Position numbers and translations under genes: made by a program. The notes under the pieces were generated by a model, which searched no databases, had not been told where the DNA came from, and saw only the letters and a program-made list of their open reading frames with translations. A stretch of DNA of 64,000 nt from the NCBI GenBank assembly GCA_965262725.1, contig OZ253555.1, positions 1,826,762-1,890,761 of the forward strand, read 5' to 3'. Positions 40,667 to 51,732 of this stretch are shown in pieces. This DNA comes from Dehalococcoidia bacterium. GTDB taxonomy: Bacteria > Chloroflexota > Dehalococcoidia > UBA2979. Within the stretch, counting starts at the first letter, position 1. Each line of letters opens with the position of its first letter.

Positions 40667-40990
40667 CAGTCCCTCGACCTGAGCCTGAGCGACGAGCAGC
40701 CGATCGAACGGATCGCGGTGGATGGGTGTGAGTCCTCCCGCATGCTCCGCGTGGAAGAGGGTGATGGGCAGACCCTTGAAGCCATCCTGCTCAATCCGCC
40801 CGGCGAGATCGGGAGGAGCCCGCAGTTTTCCCAGGGCCTGCTTGATGGCGATCTCCCAGACCGAGGCGGCGCTCGCGTACGCGTCGTTGTCGGGGTCGGT
40901 GATGGCGTCACGGGCGCTCGGTCCAAGCCTCGGATGATTCCCGAGCGCCCACACCAGGGCCTGGGTGTCGAGGAGCAGGCGGAGCATCAC
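40601..40990 (-). CDS. vapC: VapC PIN-domain toxin
   Basis: 129 aa PIN domain (LLLDTQALVW...D...). Overlaps vapB by 4 nt. Confidence 0.8.
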   Translation of the reverse strand: MMLRLLLDTQALVWALGNHPRLGPSARDAITDPDNDAYASAASVWEIAIKQALGKLRAPPDLAGRIEQDGFKGLPITLFHAEHAGGLTPIHRDPFDRLLVAQAQVEGLTIVTSDSIISRYGVQTIPAER

Positions 40991-41229
40991 GCAACGTCAC
41001 CACTGGCGCCCTCGAATGCCTCGATTACCTCCAACGGGGTGTCGTCGAAATCCTCGGCGATCCAGATCTGACCCTCAAGCGATCCAAGCTCGCGCCGGCG
41101 TCGCTCCCGGTAGGGTTGGAGCAGCAGGTACGGCTTGCCGGCCTTGGCGATCACGATCTCCTCTCCGCTCCACGCCAGCTCGCCGAGACGGGAGAGTTGC
41201 GACTTCGCCTCGTGCATGTTGACCTGCAT
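40987..41229 (-). CDS. vapB: VapB/Phd-type antitoxin
   Basis: 80 aa (MHEAKSQLSRLGELAWSGEEIVIAKAGKPYLLLQP). Located upstream of vapC. Confidence 0.7.
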   Translation of the reverse strand: MQVNMHEAKSQLSRLGELAWSGEEIVIAKAGKPYLLLQPYRERRRRELGSLEGQIWIAEDFDDTPLEVIEAFEGASGDVA

Positions 41230-41444
41230 CGGGGGCTCCTTAGCTAAGCTGGGCTTAGTCGATTATTGGGGCAACGCGCCCCATCCGCAACGCGGCGGCG
41301 AAGGTGCGGGTGCCTGTCGGGCTCGTTACAAGCGGAGCTCCCGATACTCAGCGTGAGAATCCGGGGCTCACGGCCCTGCGTGGTCGCGCGCGCCGAGGCA
41401 CTAGAATCCAGCTGGAGGCATCATTCGTAGCCGGGGGGGTCGCG

Positions 41445-42545
41445 ATGGAGATCAAGGCGGCAGTGCTCTACGAGGCGAACACCCCGCTGGTCGTCGAGCC
41501 CGTGCAGCTCGACGCCCCGAAGCATGGCGAGGTTCTCGTGCGCATCGCCGCGGCGGGCGTGTGTCACTCCGACTACCACGTGATGAAGGGCGAGTGGACA
41601 CTGCCGCTGCCGATGGTGCTCGGCCACGAGGCCGCCGGCACCGTCGAGAAGGTGGGCCCGGGAGTCGAGCGCGTGCGGCCGGGCGACCACGTGATCCTGA
41701 ACTTCCGCCCGAACTGTGGCTGGTGCGACCACTGCAGCCGGGGCGAGCCCGTGCTCTGCAACGGAGCGGACAGCGAGCGCTGGCTGCTGTTCGACGGCAC
41801 CACGCGCCTGCACACCGGCGGCGGGCGGGACCTCAATCACTTCGCACGAGTCGCCTCGTTCGCGGAGTATGCGGTCGTCCCCGAGTCGGGCGCGGTGCCC
41901 GTCCGCAACGACGTGCCTCTCGACAAGGCGGCGCTGATCGGATGCTCGGTGATGACCGGGGTCGGAGCGGTCATCAACACCGCGCGGGTCGAGGTCGGCA
42001 GCTCGGTGCTGGTGATCGGCTGCGGCGGGGTCGGCCTGAACTGCATCCAGGGCGCCGTGCTTGCGGGGGCGGAGCGGATCATCGCCGTCGACGTGAGGGC
42101 CAACAAGCTCACGTACGCAAAGCAGTTCGGCGCGACCGACGTCCTCGACGCGAGCGAGGGCGACACCGCAGCCCGGGTTATCGAGCTGACGGGTGGGGGC
42201 GTGGACTACGCGTTCGAGGCGATCGGCTTCTCGAAGACGATCGTCGACTGCTACGAGTCGACGCGGCTCGGCGGCACGACGGTCGTCGTGGGTATGACGC
42301 CCGAGGACGACATGATGACCATCCCCGCGCTCTCGCTTCCGCGCACGGAGAAGGTGCTGCGCGGCTCGTGGTATGGCTCCGCCCGGCCCTGGATCGACCT
42401 CCCGAAGATGGTCGACCTCTACATGGGCGGCCGCCTGCAGGTCGATCCGCTCGTCAGCCGCACCTACCCGCTCGAGGAGATCAACGAGGCGTACGCGGCC
42501 CTCGATCGCGGCGAGGTCGCACGTAGCGTGCTGCTGATGGACTGA
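41445..42545 (+). CDS. zinc-dependent alcohol dehydrogenase (class III / formaldehyde-dehydrogenase-like)
   Basis: Zn-ADH motifs (GVCHSDYH, GHEAAGTVEKVG, GCGGVGL). Confidence 0.8.
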   Translation: MEIKAAVLYEANTPLVVEPVQLDAPKHGEVLVRIAAAGVCHSDYHVMKGEWTLPLPMVLGHEAAGTVEKVGPGVERVRPGDHVILNFRPNCGWCDHCSRGEPVLCNGADSERWLLFDGTTRLHTGGGRDLNHFARVASFAEYAVVPESGAVPVRNDVPLDKAALIGCSVMTGVGAVINTARVEVGSSVLVIGCGGVGLNCIQGAVLAGAERIIAVDVRANKLTYAKQFGATDVLDASEGDTAARVIELTGGGVDYAFEAIGFSKTIVDCYESTRLGGTTVVVGMTPEDDMMTIPALSLPRTEKVLRGSWYGSARPWIDLPKMVDLYMGGRLQVDPLVSRTYPLEEINEAYAALDRGEVARSVLLMD

Positions 42546-42559
42546 GCCGCTCACCAGCC

Positions 42560-42760
42560 GATTCGTTCGTTCGGGATGGTCTGCACGCCGTAGCGGGAAA
42601 TGATGCCGCCGGACGTCACGATGGTCAGTGGAGTCGGCTAGACGACGCGCAGACGGTCATGAGGCTCGGGCGGCAACCCGACCAAGATCCGGTCGCCAGG
42701 CTGCACTCCGCCGGTATGCGAACCCGCGACCCCCAGTTGGCGAAACTGGCGCTCAGGCGC
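42560..42760 (-). pseudogene. degraded vapC paralog (C-terminal remnant)
   Basis: Minus-strand frame ...LPPEPHDRLRVV*PTPLTIVTSGGIISRYGVQTIPNERIGW, cf. VapC ...FDRLLVAQAQVEGLTIVTSDSIISRYGVQTIPAER. About 60 nt is near-identical to 40605-40665. Confidence 0.5.
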
Positions 42761-42800
42761 GCTCGCACCAGGTACCACGAGCCGGATGACGATCAGTCGA

Positions 42801-43124
42801 TCACCAAGGCGTCGATAGTCGTGCTGAAGGTCCCGGCCGAGTCAATGCTGCGATCGAGCCTGGCTTGCGACCACGCTCGATCTCGGAGAGATAGCTGAGG
42901 GCCACACCCGAGCGCTCCGACAACTCGCGCAAGGTGAGCCTGTGCTGGTCGCGGAATGCACGGACGGGGCTGGCACCTTCCATGATGGCGAGCGCCACCT
43001 CGTGCGGAAGCCTTGCATCGCCCTCCGCCTCGGCGGCGGCCAGACGGTCCTCAAGCACGGCGGTCCGCTCGACAAGCGCGTCGTACTGCTCGCGTGTCAG
43101 CGTGACGATCTCATCGGCGCTCAT
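42801..43124 (-). CDS. HigA-like HTH (XRE) antitoxin
   Basis: 107 aa with a C-terminal XRE HTH (LTLRELSERSGVALSYLSEIERG). Downstream of and overlapping the RelE-type toxin gene. Confidence 0.6.
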   Translation of the reverse strand: MSADEIVTLTREQYDALVERTAVLEDRLAAAEAEGDARLPHEVALAIMEGASPVRAFRDQHRLTLRELSERSGVALSYLSEIERGRKPGSIAALTRPGPSARLSTPW

Positions 43125-43311
43125 ACGCCTCCCTCCTGTGCCGGACTCTCAGCACGACCATGACAGGCGGATCGCGGTGCTCGACGGCGAAGATCACCCT
43201 GTAGCTCCCGACCCTCAGACGGTGGTACCTGCTCCCGGTCAACGGCGTCACCTGCCTGGCAAGCGTTTCCGGGTCCTGAGCGTACTGTTGGCGCGCGTGG
43301 CTCATCCACAA
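43111..43311 (-). CDS. RelE/ParE-superfamily toxin (HigB-like, toxin-first arrangement)
   Basis: RYHRLRVGSYRVIFAVEHRDPPVMVVLRVRHRREAY. Short at 66 aa and non-ATG start, so it may be N-terminally truncated. Confidence 0.55.
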   Translation of the reverse strand: MWMSHARQQYAQDPETLARQVTPLTGSRYHRLRVGSYRVIFAVEHRDPPVMVVLRVRHRREAYERR

Positions 43312-43319
43312 CTTCTGGC

Positions 43320-43810
43320 TATACCTCGGAGCTGCGGTCGCTCGCCACCTACGTGGTCGCCGATCATGTCTGGCGCGCGGTTCGCCGCGAGCCGAAGCCG
43401 CTCGTGCTCCTCATAGACGAGGCGTGGTCGCTGATGCGCCACGTGGAGGGGGCGCGGTTCTCGCGCAGATGGCGCGCCGCGCCCGCAAGCGCTGGCTCGG
43501 CCTGACGACGGTGACGCAGGAAGTCGAGGACTTCCTGGCCTCGCCCGAGGGGCACACCGTGCTCGCCAACAGCTCGGTTCAGATGCTCGTGCGGCAGGAC
43601 AGCTCGGCGGCGGACTGGTCGCCGAGACCTTCGGGCTCTCCCCCGGGGAGCGGGAGTTCGTGACGTCCTCCCGGCGGGGGCAGGGGCTGCTCCTGGCCCA
43701 CGGCAACCGCGTGGCGCTCGGCATCGAGGCGAGCGATCTGGAGGCGTCTCTCGCGACCACCGACCCGGCGGAGCTCGCGGCAGGCGGCAGGGGGATGGAG
43801 GTGGCGTGAT
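43320..43810 (+). pseudogene. frameshifted C-terminal fragment of a VirB4/TrbE-type conjugative ATPase
   Basis: Three consecutive frames read ...PLVLLIDEAWSLM..., ...RKRWLGLTTVTQEVEDFLASPEGHTVLANSSVQMLVRQD... and ...GEREFVTSSRRGQGLLLAHGNRVALG... Confidence 0.5.
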
Positions 43811-43936
43811 GACGATGACGACCGATATCGAGCGCGTGAAGCAGTGCAATCCGATCGAGGATGTCGTGGCCCGCCGCGGCGTGGAGCTTCGGGGGCAACC
43901 CGACTGAAGCGTGGAGCCCTCCTTTGATCAGTCTGC

Positions 43937-45154
43937 CTAGCCAGCTGTGAACTTTGCCGCTTCCCCCGAACCGCCTGTAGCATCCCCTTCGCTGTATGAG
44001 TGGGCTCCTGTTCCAGCAAGGGCGCCTCCCTGGACAATCAGGTACTCCTCCCTAATCGGCCGTCCATCCAACCAGCATTCCAGAATCTCACGGACTCCCG
44101 CTGAGTAGCGGGCTTGGGCTGAAAGCGAAGTGCCCGAGGTGTGGGGAGTCATGGCGTGGTTGGGCATGGACCTCCAGGGGTGATCATTGGGAGCCGGCTG
44201 AGGGAACCAAACGTCGCCCGCATACCCTGCCAGTTGACCGCTTTCGAGAGCTCTGACGATGGCGTCCCGGTCACAGATTTTGCCGCGGGCCGTGTTGACG
44301 ATATAGGAGCCGCGCTTCATCTTGCTAATCAGAGCATCGTTGAACATATTCTCAGTCTCGGGATGGAGAGGACAATGGATGCTGACCACATCACACACAC
44401 TGACGAGCGACTCAACGGTTTCGTGGAACGTCAGGCCAAGCTCTTGCTCGACATCAGTGGCAAGCCGATGTCTGTCGGTATAGTGGAGAGTGACGTCGAA
44501 AGGCTTCATTCGTCTCAGGACCGCTAAGCCAATTCTGCCGGCCGCCACTACACCCACGTCCATTCCCTCAATGTCGTAGGACCTGGAAACGGCGTCCGCA
44601 ATGTTCCATCCGCCCCTGACCACCCAATCGTGCTGGGGGATGTAGTCCCTGACCAGCGCCAACATCTGCATGACCGCATGCTCCGCGACGCTTATGCTGT
44701 TGCACCAGGTCACTTCACAGACAGTGATGTTCCTGCCGATGGCCGCCTGAAGGTCGACATGGTCCGACCCAATGCCAGCGGTTATGGCTAACTTGAGGTT
44801 CGGAGCCTTTTCAATGCGCTCGGCGGTGAGGTACGCGGGCCAGAAGGGTTGGGAGATGACTATATCGGCATCAGCCAGTTCTCTTTCGAAAACGGAATCG
44901 GGTCCATCCTTGTCCGCCGTTACGACGAACCTGTGTCCCCGTTCAGCCAAGAACCTCTCCAGCCCAAGTCCGCCCGAAACAGATCCCAGAAGGTGGCCAG
45001 GGATGAAGTCTATGGCGGCCGGTGAGGGTAAGGTCTGGCCGTCCGGATACTGGGTGAGGTTGGGTATTCTTTCGCGGGCATAGTCCGGAGGAAATCCTGC
45101 CACTGGATCGGAATAGAGAACACAAAGCACTTTCTGAGCGGAAGAGGAACTCAT
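43937..45154 (-). CDS. fdh: NAD-dependent formate dehydrogenase
   Basis: 405 aa, classical FDH (ISQPFWPAYLTAERI, GIGSDHVDLQAA, NSISVAEH, GRIG Rossmann). RBS AGGAGA. Lower GC than the backbone. Confidence 0.85.
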   Translation of the reverse strand: MSSSSAQKVLCVLYSDPVAGFPPDYARERIPNLTQYPDGQTLPSPAAIDFIPGHLLGSVSGGLGLERFLAERGHRFVVTADKDGPDSVFERELADADIVISQPFWPAYLTAERIEKAPNLKLAITAGIGSDHVDLQAAIGRNITVCEVTWCNSISVAEHAVMQMLALVRDYIPQHDWVVRGGWNIADAVSRSYDIEGMDVGVVAAGRIGLAVLRRMKPFDVTLHYTDRHRLATDVEQELGLTFHETVESLVSVCDVVSIHCPLHPETENMFNDALISKMKRGSYIVNTARGKICDRDAIVRALESGQLAGYAGDVWFPQPAPNDHPWRSMPNHAMTPHTSGTSLSAQARYSAGVREILECWLDGRPIREEYLIVQGGALAGTGAHSYSEGDATGGSGEAAKFTAG

Positions 45155-45215
45155 AGTAATCTCCTAAGTATATCTCCGCATATTGTATGTCGACCAATAG
45201 CCAGGGGTGGTCTTT
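45155..45215 (-). promoter_or_regulatory. AT-rich putative promoter / 5' leader of the formate dehydrogenase gene
   Basis: Minus strand ...GTCGACATACAATATGCGGAGATATACTTAGGAGATT-ATG, with TACAAT/TATACT -10-like hexamers and a strong RBS in an otherwise GC-rich genome. Confidence 0.3.
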
Positions 45216-45640
45216 GCCACCCCGCTGCTGCGGGATGTCCTCGAGTTCATGCCCGACGAGCTTCCAGCCCATCGGGGTCGGGGACCAAGGCCTGTCACGG
45301 CCAGCCGCCCCAAGGATGTGGCGACAGGCCGTCCCTGACTGCCGGGCTGCGCCTCTGTGCAGACACGGCCGGGTGGTAGCGTTCTTGCCCCCGTTCCCGC
45401 GGAGCGAGGCGTCCGGAACCGTCGGCGTTCATCGACTCGCCCCTCGGTTGGGCTGTGGCCCATGCTCGCTTCCACGTCCTCGCGCGCCCGCCTGGATGCG
45501 GCCTCCAATTCGAGACGCGCCCGGCCCCACGCCTCCGACTGTACTGGCCCGGTCGGAGACTACAAGAACTTGCAGAAACAAGCTCTGAGTCTCACAGTCA
45601 CCCTACACTGCGCTTGTATGCTTTGGTGGTGCAGGTGACA

Positions 45641-46008
45641 ATGAACGCTGCAATTGGCGGCACCGTCCTGAGGATGCACAGCGGGGGCAACGGCGCAGGC
45701 AAAGAGTTTGCCCTGCTTCAATCCGCGCGGGCGGTCGAGCATCAATCGGGAGTACTACTCGCCGGCGCGTACGAAGCCATCGCCCTACACGATGCCGATG
45801 CCCCTCCAACACGAACCAACCCGGCTATGGCGAGGGCCTGCTTGTCGCTAAGACGTGCGATGAGCGAGGCGCAAGGCCCTCGGATGGCGATGGAATACGG
45901 CGAGGACCGCGTCGTAGTTGGCATCAGATTGAATCAGGCGAAGCATGCCTTCGTCCAAGCCGACGAGATAGGCGAACGGGCCAAGATTGTGGCCGCTGGG
46001 AAGACGAA

Positions 46009-46012
<4 letters not shown>
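45641..46012 (+). CDS. small hypothetical ORF whose stop overlaps the katG remnant start (ATGA)
   Basis: 124 aa (MNAAIGGTVLRMHSGG...). No recognisable motifs. Lower-GC region. Confidence 0.2.
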
Positions 46013-47166
<1,154 letters not shown>

Positions 47167-47439
47167 CACCTGGGCTTTGCCGCAGAAGCGCGGCCGGCGT
47201 GCCAAGGCCAAGAGGCCCCTCCGGCTTCACGGGGTTGACGCCGCGGACTTACCCGAGCGCGGTGCTGCTGTCTAGTGCTCGACATAATCCCCACTGGACG
47301 AACATGGGGATGTCCGTTCAGCTGCGATAAACGATGAGCTGCCTCGCGGGGTGCGCTTTCGCTGCACGTTCCACACTGCGAGTAGGCGGACGCCAGTCGG
47401 GCACGGCGGCCGTCGTCAGACGTCTAAGAGCCGCCACAG

Positions 47440-47800
47440 GAGCGGCTCCCCGTCGTTGAGGGCTACCAGCGCCTCGCAGATCGATTCGGGCAGGCTCTTC
47501 GAAGTAGTCCGTCTCGAACCAGACGATCGTCGGGAAATCGACGGAATCGAGGCCCGTCTGCACCAGCCGGGGGTGGCGACGAGGTCGAGGAGCGCCTATG
47601 GGGCTCCCGTGGGCAGAACGAGATCTTCAGCTCGTTTGCGGTGAGGGACATGCTCAAGAACGCGTTCTACCTCGGGATGGTCACACATACCGCGGCGACA
47701 CGTTTCGCGGTCAGCACGAGCCGATCGTGACCCAGCAGCGCTACCAGCACGAGCAGGCGAGGCGCAGCGTCGTGCCGCCCAGAAGCACCACCGGCGGTGC
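47440..47800 (+). pseudogene. fragments of a large serine recombinase gene (frameshifted)
   Basis: Frames give ...LKNAFYLGMVTH... and ...YRGDTFRGQHEPIVTQQRYQHEQ..., resembling the zinc-ribbon / recombinase-domain region. Confidence 0.3.
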
Positions 47801-47866
47801 CACGGGACTCCTTCACGGGCGGCTCCGAGATATCGTCAAGAGTTGTGGATCGCTGGCCAGGGCAAG

Positions 47867-48120
47867 TCAGGCGGCGTACCTCCCGTGGCGTGCGTCGTCG
47901 CTCGCATCCGGGCTGACGGCTCGTTCCTGTAGGACGCCATCGACGAAGACGCCGCCCGCCCGGACGACGGCGACGAGTTGCGGGGCGTTCACCCGCCGCC
48001 AGCGCTGCTGCGCGGCGTCGAGCAGTTTGTAGGCCATCGCCAGTCCCGCCGACCGCGACCCGGCGCCCTTCGTGACGCGCTGGCGCAGCCGCACCGTCGC
48101 GAAGGTGGACTCGATCGGGT
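47867..48120 (-). pseudogene. C-terminal fragment of a DDE transposase, abutting the intron copy-2 5' splice site
   Basis: PIESTFATVRLRQRVTKGAGSRSAGLAMAYKLLDAAQQRWRRVNAPQLVAVVRAGGVFVDG. The N-terminal about 300 aa are absent. Confidence 0.4.
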
Positions 48121-49355
48121 GTGCGCCTTGAAGTTGAAGGACGGTGCAGGATGACCTGACCAGTCTGGAGACGTGCTCGTTGTCGCCAACCGGTGCAAGT
48201 CCGGTCCGGGTAACTATCAGGAGGCTCGGTAGCAGGTCGGCGGCTTGGTCTGGAAACGGACCGGGTCGGAGCCCGACGTCGAAAGCCCTTTCAGGGGAAG
48301 CAAACACACGGTCCGCAGCATAAAGCGAAGCCTGCCGCGTCGTAAGAGTCCCCGCCATTGGCGGGAAAGAGGAAGAGCCGAGCCCCGACCCTCAGGGCGA
48401 AGGCCATGGAAGAGATGAAGACCTGGAATCGCAATCTCGAAGAACTTCCCGGCGTAAGCCCTGATCCAGAGCGCCAGGCTAACTGGCGAGTAGGCAGGAG
48501 GTGGAAGTCCTCTATGGCAAAGAGCTAGCCACTCATGTCATTCCGCGAGCCGTGCGCGGGTCGTCGCGAGGCGGCTTGTGAAGCGTCGGCAGCGGGGTGT
48601 GCGGGCGGGGCTAATGAGCATCGAAAGGGCCATTTGGGGTGCCGAGGCTCTTGGATTGGTCGAAGGCAATACCGGCGACGGCGCTACTGGCGAGTCGTGG
48701 TCGGGCCCCACGGTGTCGAAGACCCCATGCACGCACACACGTCTATCGCCGGGACTTGGGAGAGCTGCGCGTTGTCCCGACGAGTCGTACGCCGGGACCG
48801 CGTCGGGAAGGGACGTAAACCGTAGCCGATGATGAACGATGCGCAGCAGTCTGATGGGGCCGTACGAGCGATGAAGGCGGCGAACAAGGGGGCGCGAGCC
48901 CCGGCGGAGTCGCTGGAGCAAAGGGCCCCAACCGAGAGGAATCCTCAAAGCACCGGCACGGTCCGGACGCAGAGTCGGGGTGCGGTGTCACCCGGAGCGG
49001 AGAGGATACGGCAGTTCGTGGAACGGAAGCCGGGAGAGAAACTCACCGCGCTCTTGCACCACATCACGCCGGAGGCGCTGCGGGAGGCGTATCTCGCGTT
49101 GAAGCGGGATGCGGCTCCGGGCGTGGACGGGGTGAGGTGGCGAGAATACGGGGACGGGCTGGACGAGCGATTGCTCGACCTGCATGGCCGCGTACACCGT
49201 GGAGCGTACCGGGCGAAGCCCGTCAGGCGGGTAGAGATACCCAAGCCGGACGGGGGAATACGGCCGCTCGGTATCGTCTCGCTGGAGGACAAGATCGTTC
49301 AGCGGGCGGTGGTGGACAATCTTTTGAACCCGATTTACGAGTCGGGCTACTACGG

Positions 49356-50681
49356 GGCACCTCGAAGAACTCGCGATTGTTGATGAAGGTATCGGTGAGG
49401 GCACGAGGGGGCAGAGGGCGTAGCTGAGGAGACCCCAGGGGGTGTGGGTGAGTCCGCGAGAGCATAGGTGAAGCGGGATAATTGACAGTTAAACGGGACT
49501 GTCAAAGCACCGAACTAGAGGCTGGTGTGAGGTCTGTGGACGGGTGGCGGCAAGCTAGGCCGCGGCAGCCGTACGGCGGTGTTCGAGGTGCGCCAGACGG
49601 CGAATATTGTACGCCAGGTTCTTGAAGCCGATCTGCGTCACTGCCCGCCGCACGCCGATCGTACGGATGTGCGTGCCGCCCATCTCGTTCGTCTGCGAGC
49701 CGAAGATGTGCTCAACCCGGGCCCGTACTTGCGACCATCCCCGGTTGACCGCCTCCTCAGCCGCCGTCAACGGCCGGTTGGCAGCGGCCTTCCGATGGAT
49801 GCGGCTCGTCAGACCTTTCTCCGTGAGCATTGCCTCAATCGCCCGCGACCGATAGGCACGGTCTGCCCACACATCGGGTGACGTGTTCGGAGAGTCGAGC
49901 AGCTGGTCGATCACCTGGCTGTCATGGACCGCGGCATCGGTGACGGCGTAGGAACGCACCAGCTTGTGGCGCCGATCGATGGTGATGTGGTTCTTGTAGC
50001 CGTAGTGACTCTTCCCGTGCTTCTTCGTCCAGCGGGCGTCGAGGTCTTTCTGGGCCAGCTTCGCCGGATTGAAGACCCACTCCGAGGGAATGAGGTCCTG
50101 CTTGAGCGACTCGTTCTCCCGGCGGCTGTTGCGCTGGATCGGCACCGAGACGATCGAGGCGTCGACGATCTGTCCGCCACTGGCGCGGTAGCCCTGGCTG
50201 GCGAGATAGTGGTCGAAGGCCTGGAACAACTCGGCGATGGCGCCCGCCCTGGTCAACTGCTCGCGGTAGAGCCAGAAGGTGGTGGCGTCGGGCACCCGGC
50301 CTTCGATGCCTGTGCCGCAGAAGCGGGAGAAGGAGAGACGGTCGCGGATCTGATACTCAATCTGTTCATCGGAGAGGTTGTAGAGTACGCCGAGTATCAA
50401 TCCCTTGAAGATGACGATTGCGTCCCATGGCTTGCGTCCGGCCGGTGATTTACGCTCTTCTTCGGGCGTGGCCCAGACGGCTTCTAACTGAGGTCTGAAC
50501 TGCTCCCACGGGATGATTTGGTCGAGCTTGGCGAGTGGGTCGCCCTTGGCGTCGAGAGCGTCGTAGCGGTCGTCCACATTGAAGAACCCAAGTTGGCCCA
50601 TATCATCCCCCGTAACCATGACCCTAATGGCTACAGTATATCATTCACCATGCCGACGATATAGTCATTCTTCGAAGTGCC
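49356..50681 (-). mobile_element. IS5-family insertion sequence nested in the intron RT ORF
   Basis: Imperfect terminal inverted repeats GGCACCTCGAAGAA / GGCACTTCGAAGAA. Flanking direct repeat about CTACGG. Transposase at 49555..50619. Confidence 0.7.
49555..50619 (-). CDS. IS5/IS4-superfamily DDE transposase
   Basis: 354 aa DDE_Tnp_1-like protein (...DASIVSVP...WTKKHGKSHYGYKNHIT...DRAYRS...). Confidence 0.75.
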   Translation of the reverse strand: MVTGDDMGQLGFFNVDDRYDALDAKGDPLAKLDQIIPWEQFRPQLEAVWATPEEERKSPAGRKPWDAIVIFKGLILGVLYNLSDEQIEYQIRDRLSFSRFCGTGIEGRVPDATTFWLYREQLTRAGAIAELFQAFDHYLASQGYRASGGQIVDASIVSVPIQRNSRRENESLKQDLIPSEWVFNPAKLAQKDLDARWTKKHGKSHYGYKNHITIDRRHKLVRSYAVTDAAVHDSQVIDQLLDSPNTSPDVWADRAYRSRAIEAMLTEKGLTSRIHRKAAANRPLTAAEEAVNRGWSQVRARVEHIFGSQTNEMGGTHIRTIGVRRAVTQIGFKNLAYNIRRLAHLEHRRTAAAA

Positions 50682-51732
50682 CTACGGCTTCTCGCATGGC
50701 TTCAGGCCGGGGCGTTCGGCGCATGACGCGCTGGACGCACTGGCCTACGCGGTCGAACGGCGCAAGGTCAGCTGGATTGTCGAGGTGGACATCCGGGAGT
50801 TCTTCGGCAGCATCGACCGGGGGCGGCTGATGTCGTTTCTGGAGATGCGCATCGGGGACCAGCGGGTGTTGCGCCTGATACGAAAGTGGCTGAGCGTCGG
50901 CGTCATGGACGCGGAGCCGGAAGTCGATTTCGTGCGGGGGATGCCGCAGGGGGCGCCGATATCGCCGCTGCTTGCGAACGTGTACCTGCACAACGTGCTC
51001 GACGACTGGTTTGCGCGCGAGTGGCGACCGCGGGAGGTCCGGGGCGAGGCGTACATCGTGCGGTATGCCGATGACTTCGTCCTGGGGTTCCAGCACCGCA
51101 GCGATGCGGTGCGGTTCATGGAGGCACTCCGGGAGCGGTTCGCGGCCTACGGGCTGGAGCTGCACCCGGAGAAGACCCGTCTACTTGAGTTCGGCAGGTT
51201 CGCGCTGGCGAACAGGCGGAAGCGCGGGGAGGGCCGACCGGAGACGTTCGACTTTCTCGGCATGACGCACTACTGCCGGACCCGACGCGACGGGAGATTC
51301 GGGCTGGGGCGCAAGCCCGTTGCGAAGCGGATGCGCCGGACGCTGAAGGCCATCAAGGCCGAGTTGTGGCGGCGCATGCACGACAACCCCGTGACGACGG
51401 GGCAGTGGCTGGGGCGGGTACTGCGTGGGTGGCTTGGCTACTACGCGGTGCCGACCAGCTCGCCGGCGCTCACGCGGTTTGTTCGTTTCGTGAAGCGGCT
51501 CTGGCTGCGCGTTCTCCGACGGCGGTCGCAGCGCGACCGTTTCACGTGGGAGCGCATCCTTGCCCTGTGCCAGAAACACTGGCCCCGAATCTCCATCCTT
51601 CACCCGTGGCCTGCGGAGCGATTTGCCGTCACGCACTTGAGGTAGGAGCCGGATGCCCGAGAGGGCACGTCCGGATCTGTGCGGGGGGTGCCGGGCAACC
51701 GGCATCCCTACCGCGAACCGAAGAAGAGTGCG

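Larger units (their letters stand above)
48829..51645 (+). pseudogene. group II intron RT/maturase gene disrupted by IS insertion
   Basis: Same protein as 23380..24864, but broken after ...NPIYESGYYG (49355) and resuming at FSHGFRPG (50682). Confidence 0.8.
48121..51718 (+). mobile_element. group II intron copy 2 (full-length RNA domains I-VI; RT ORF interrupted by an IS5-family element)
   Basis: Canonical 5' GTGCGCC at 48121. 48467-49355 and 50682-51718 are near-identical to copy 1. Domain V lies near 51650. Confidence 0.75.
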
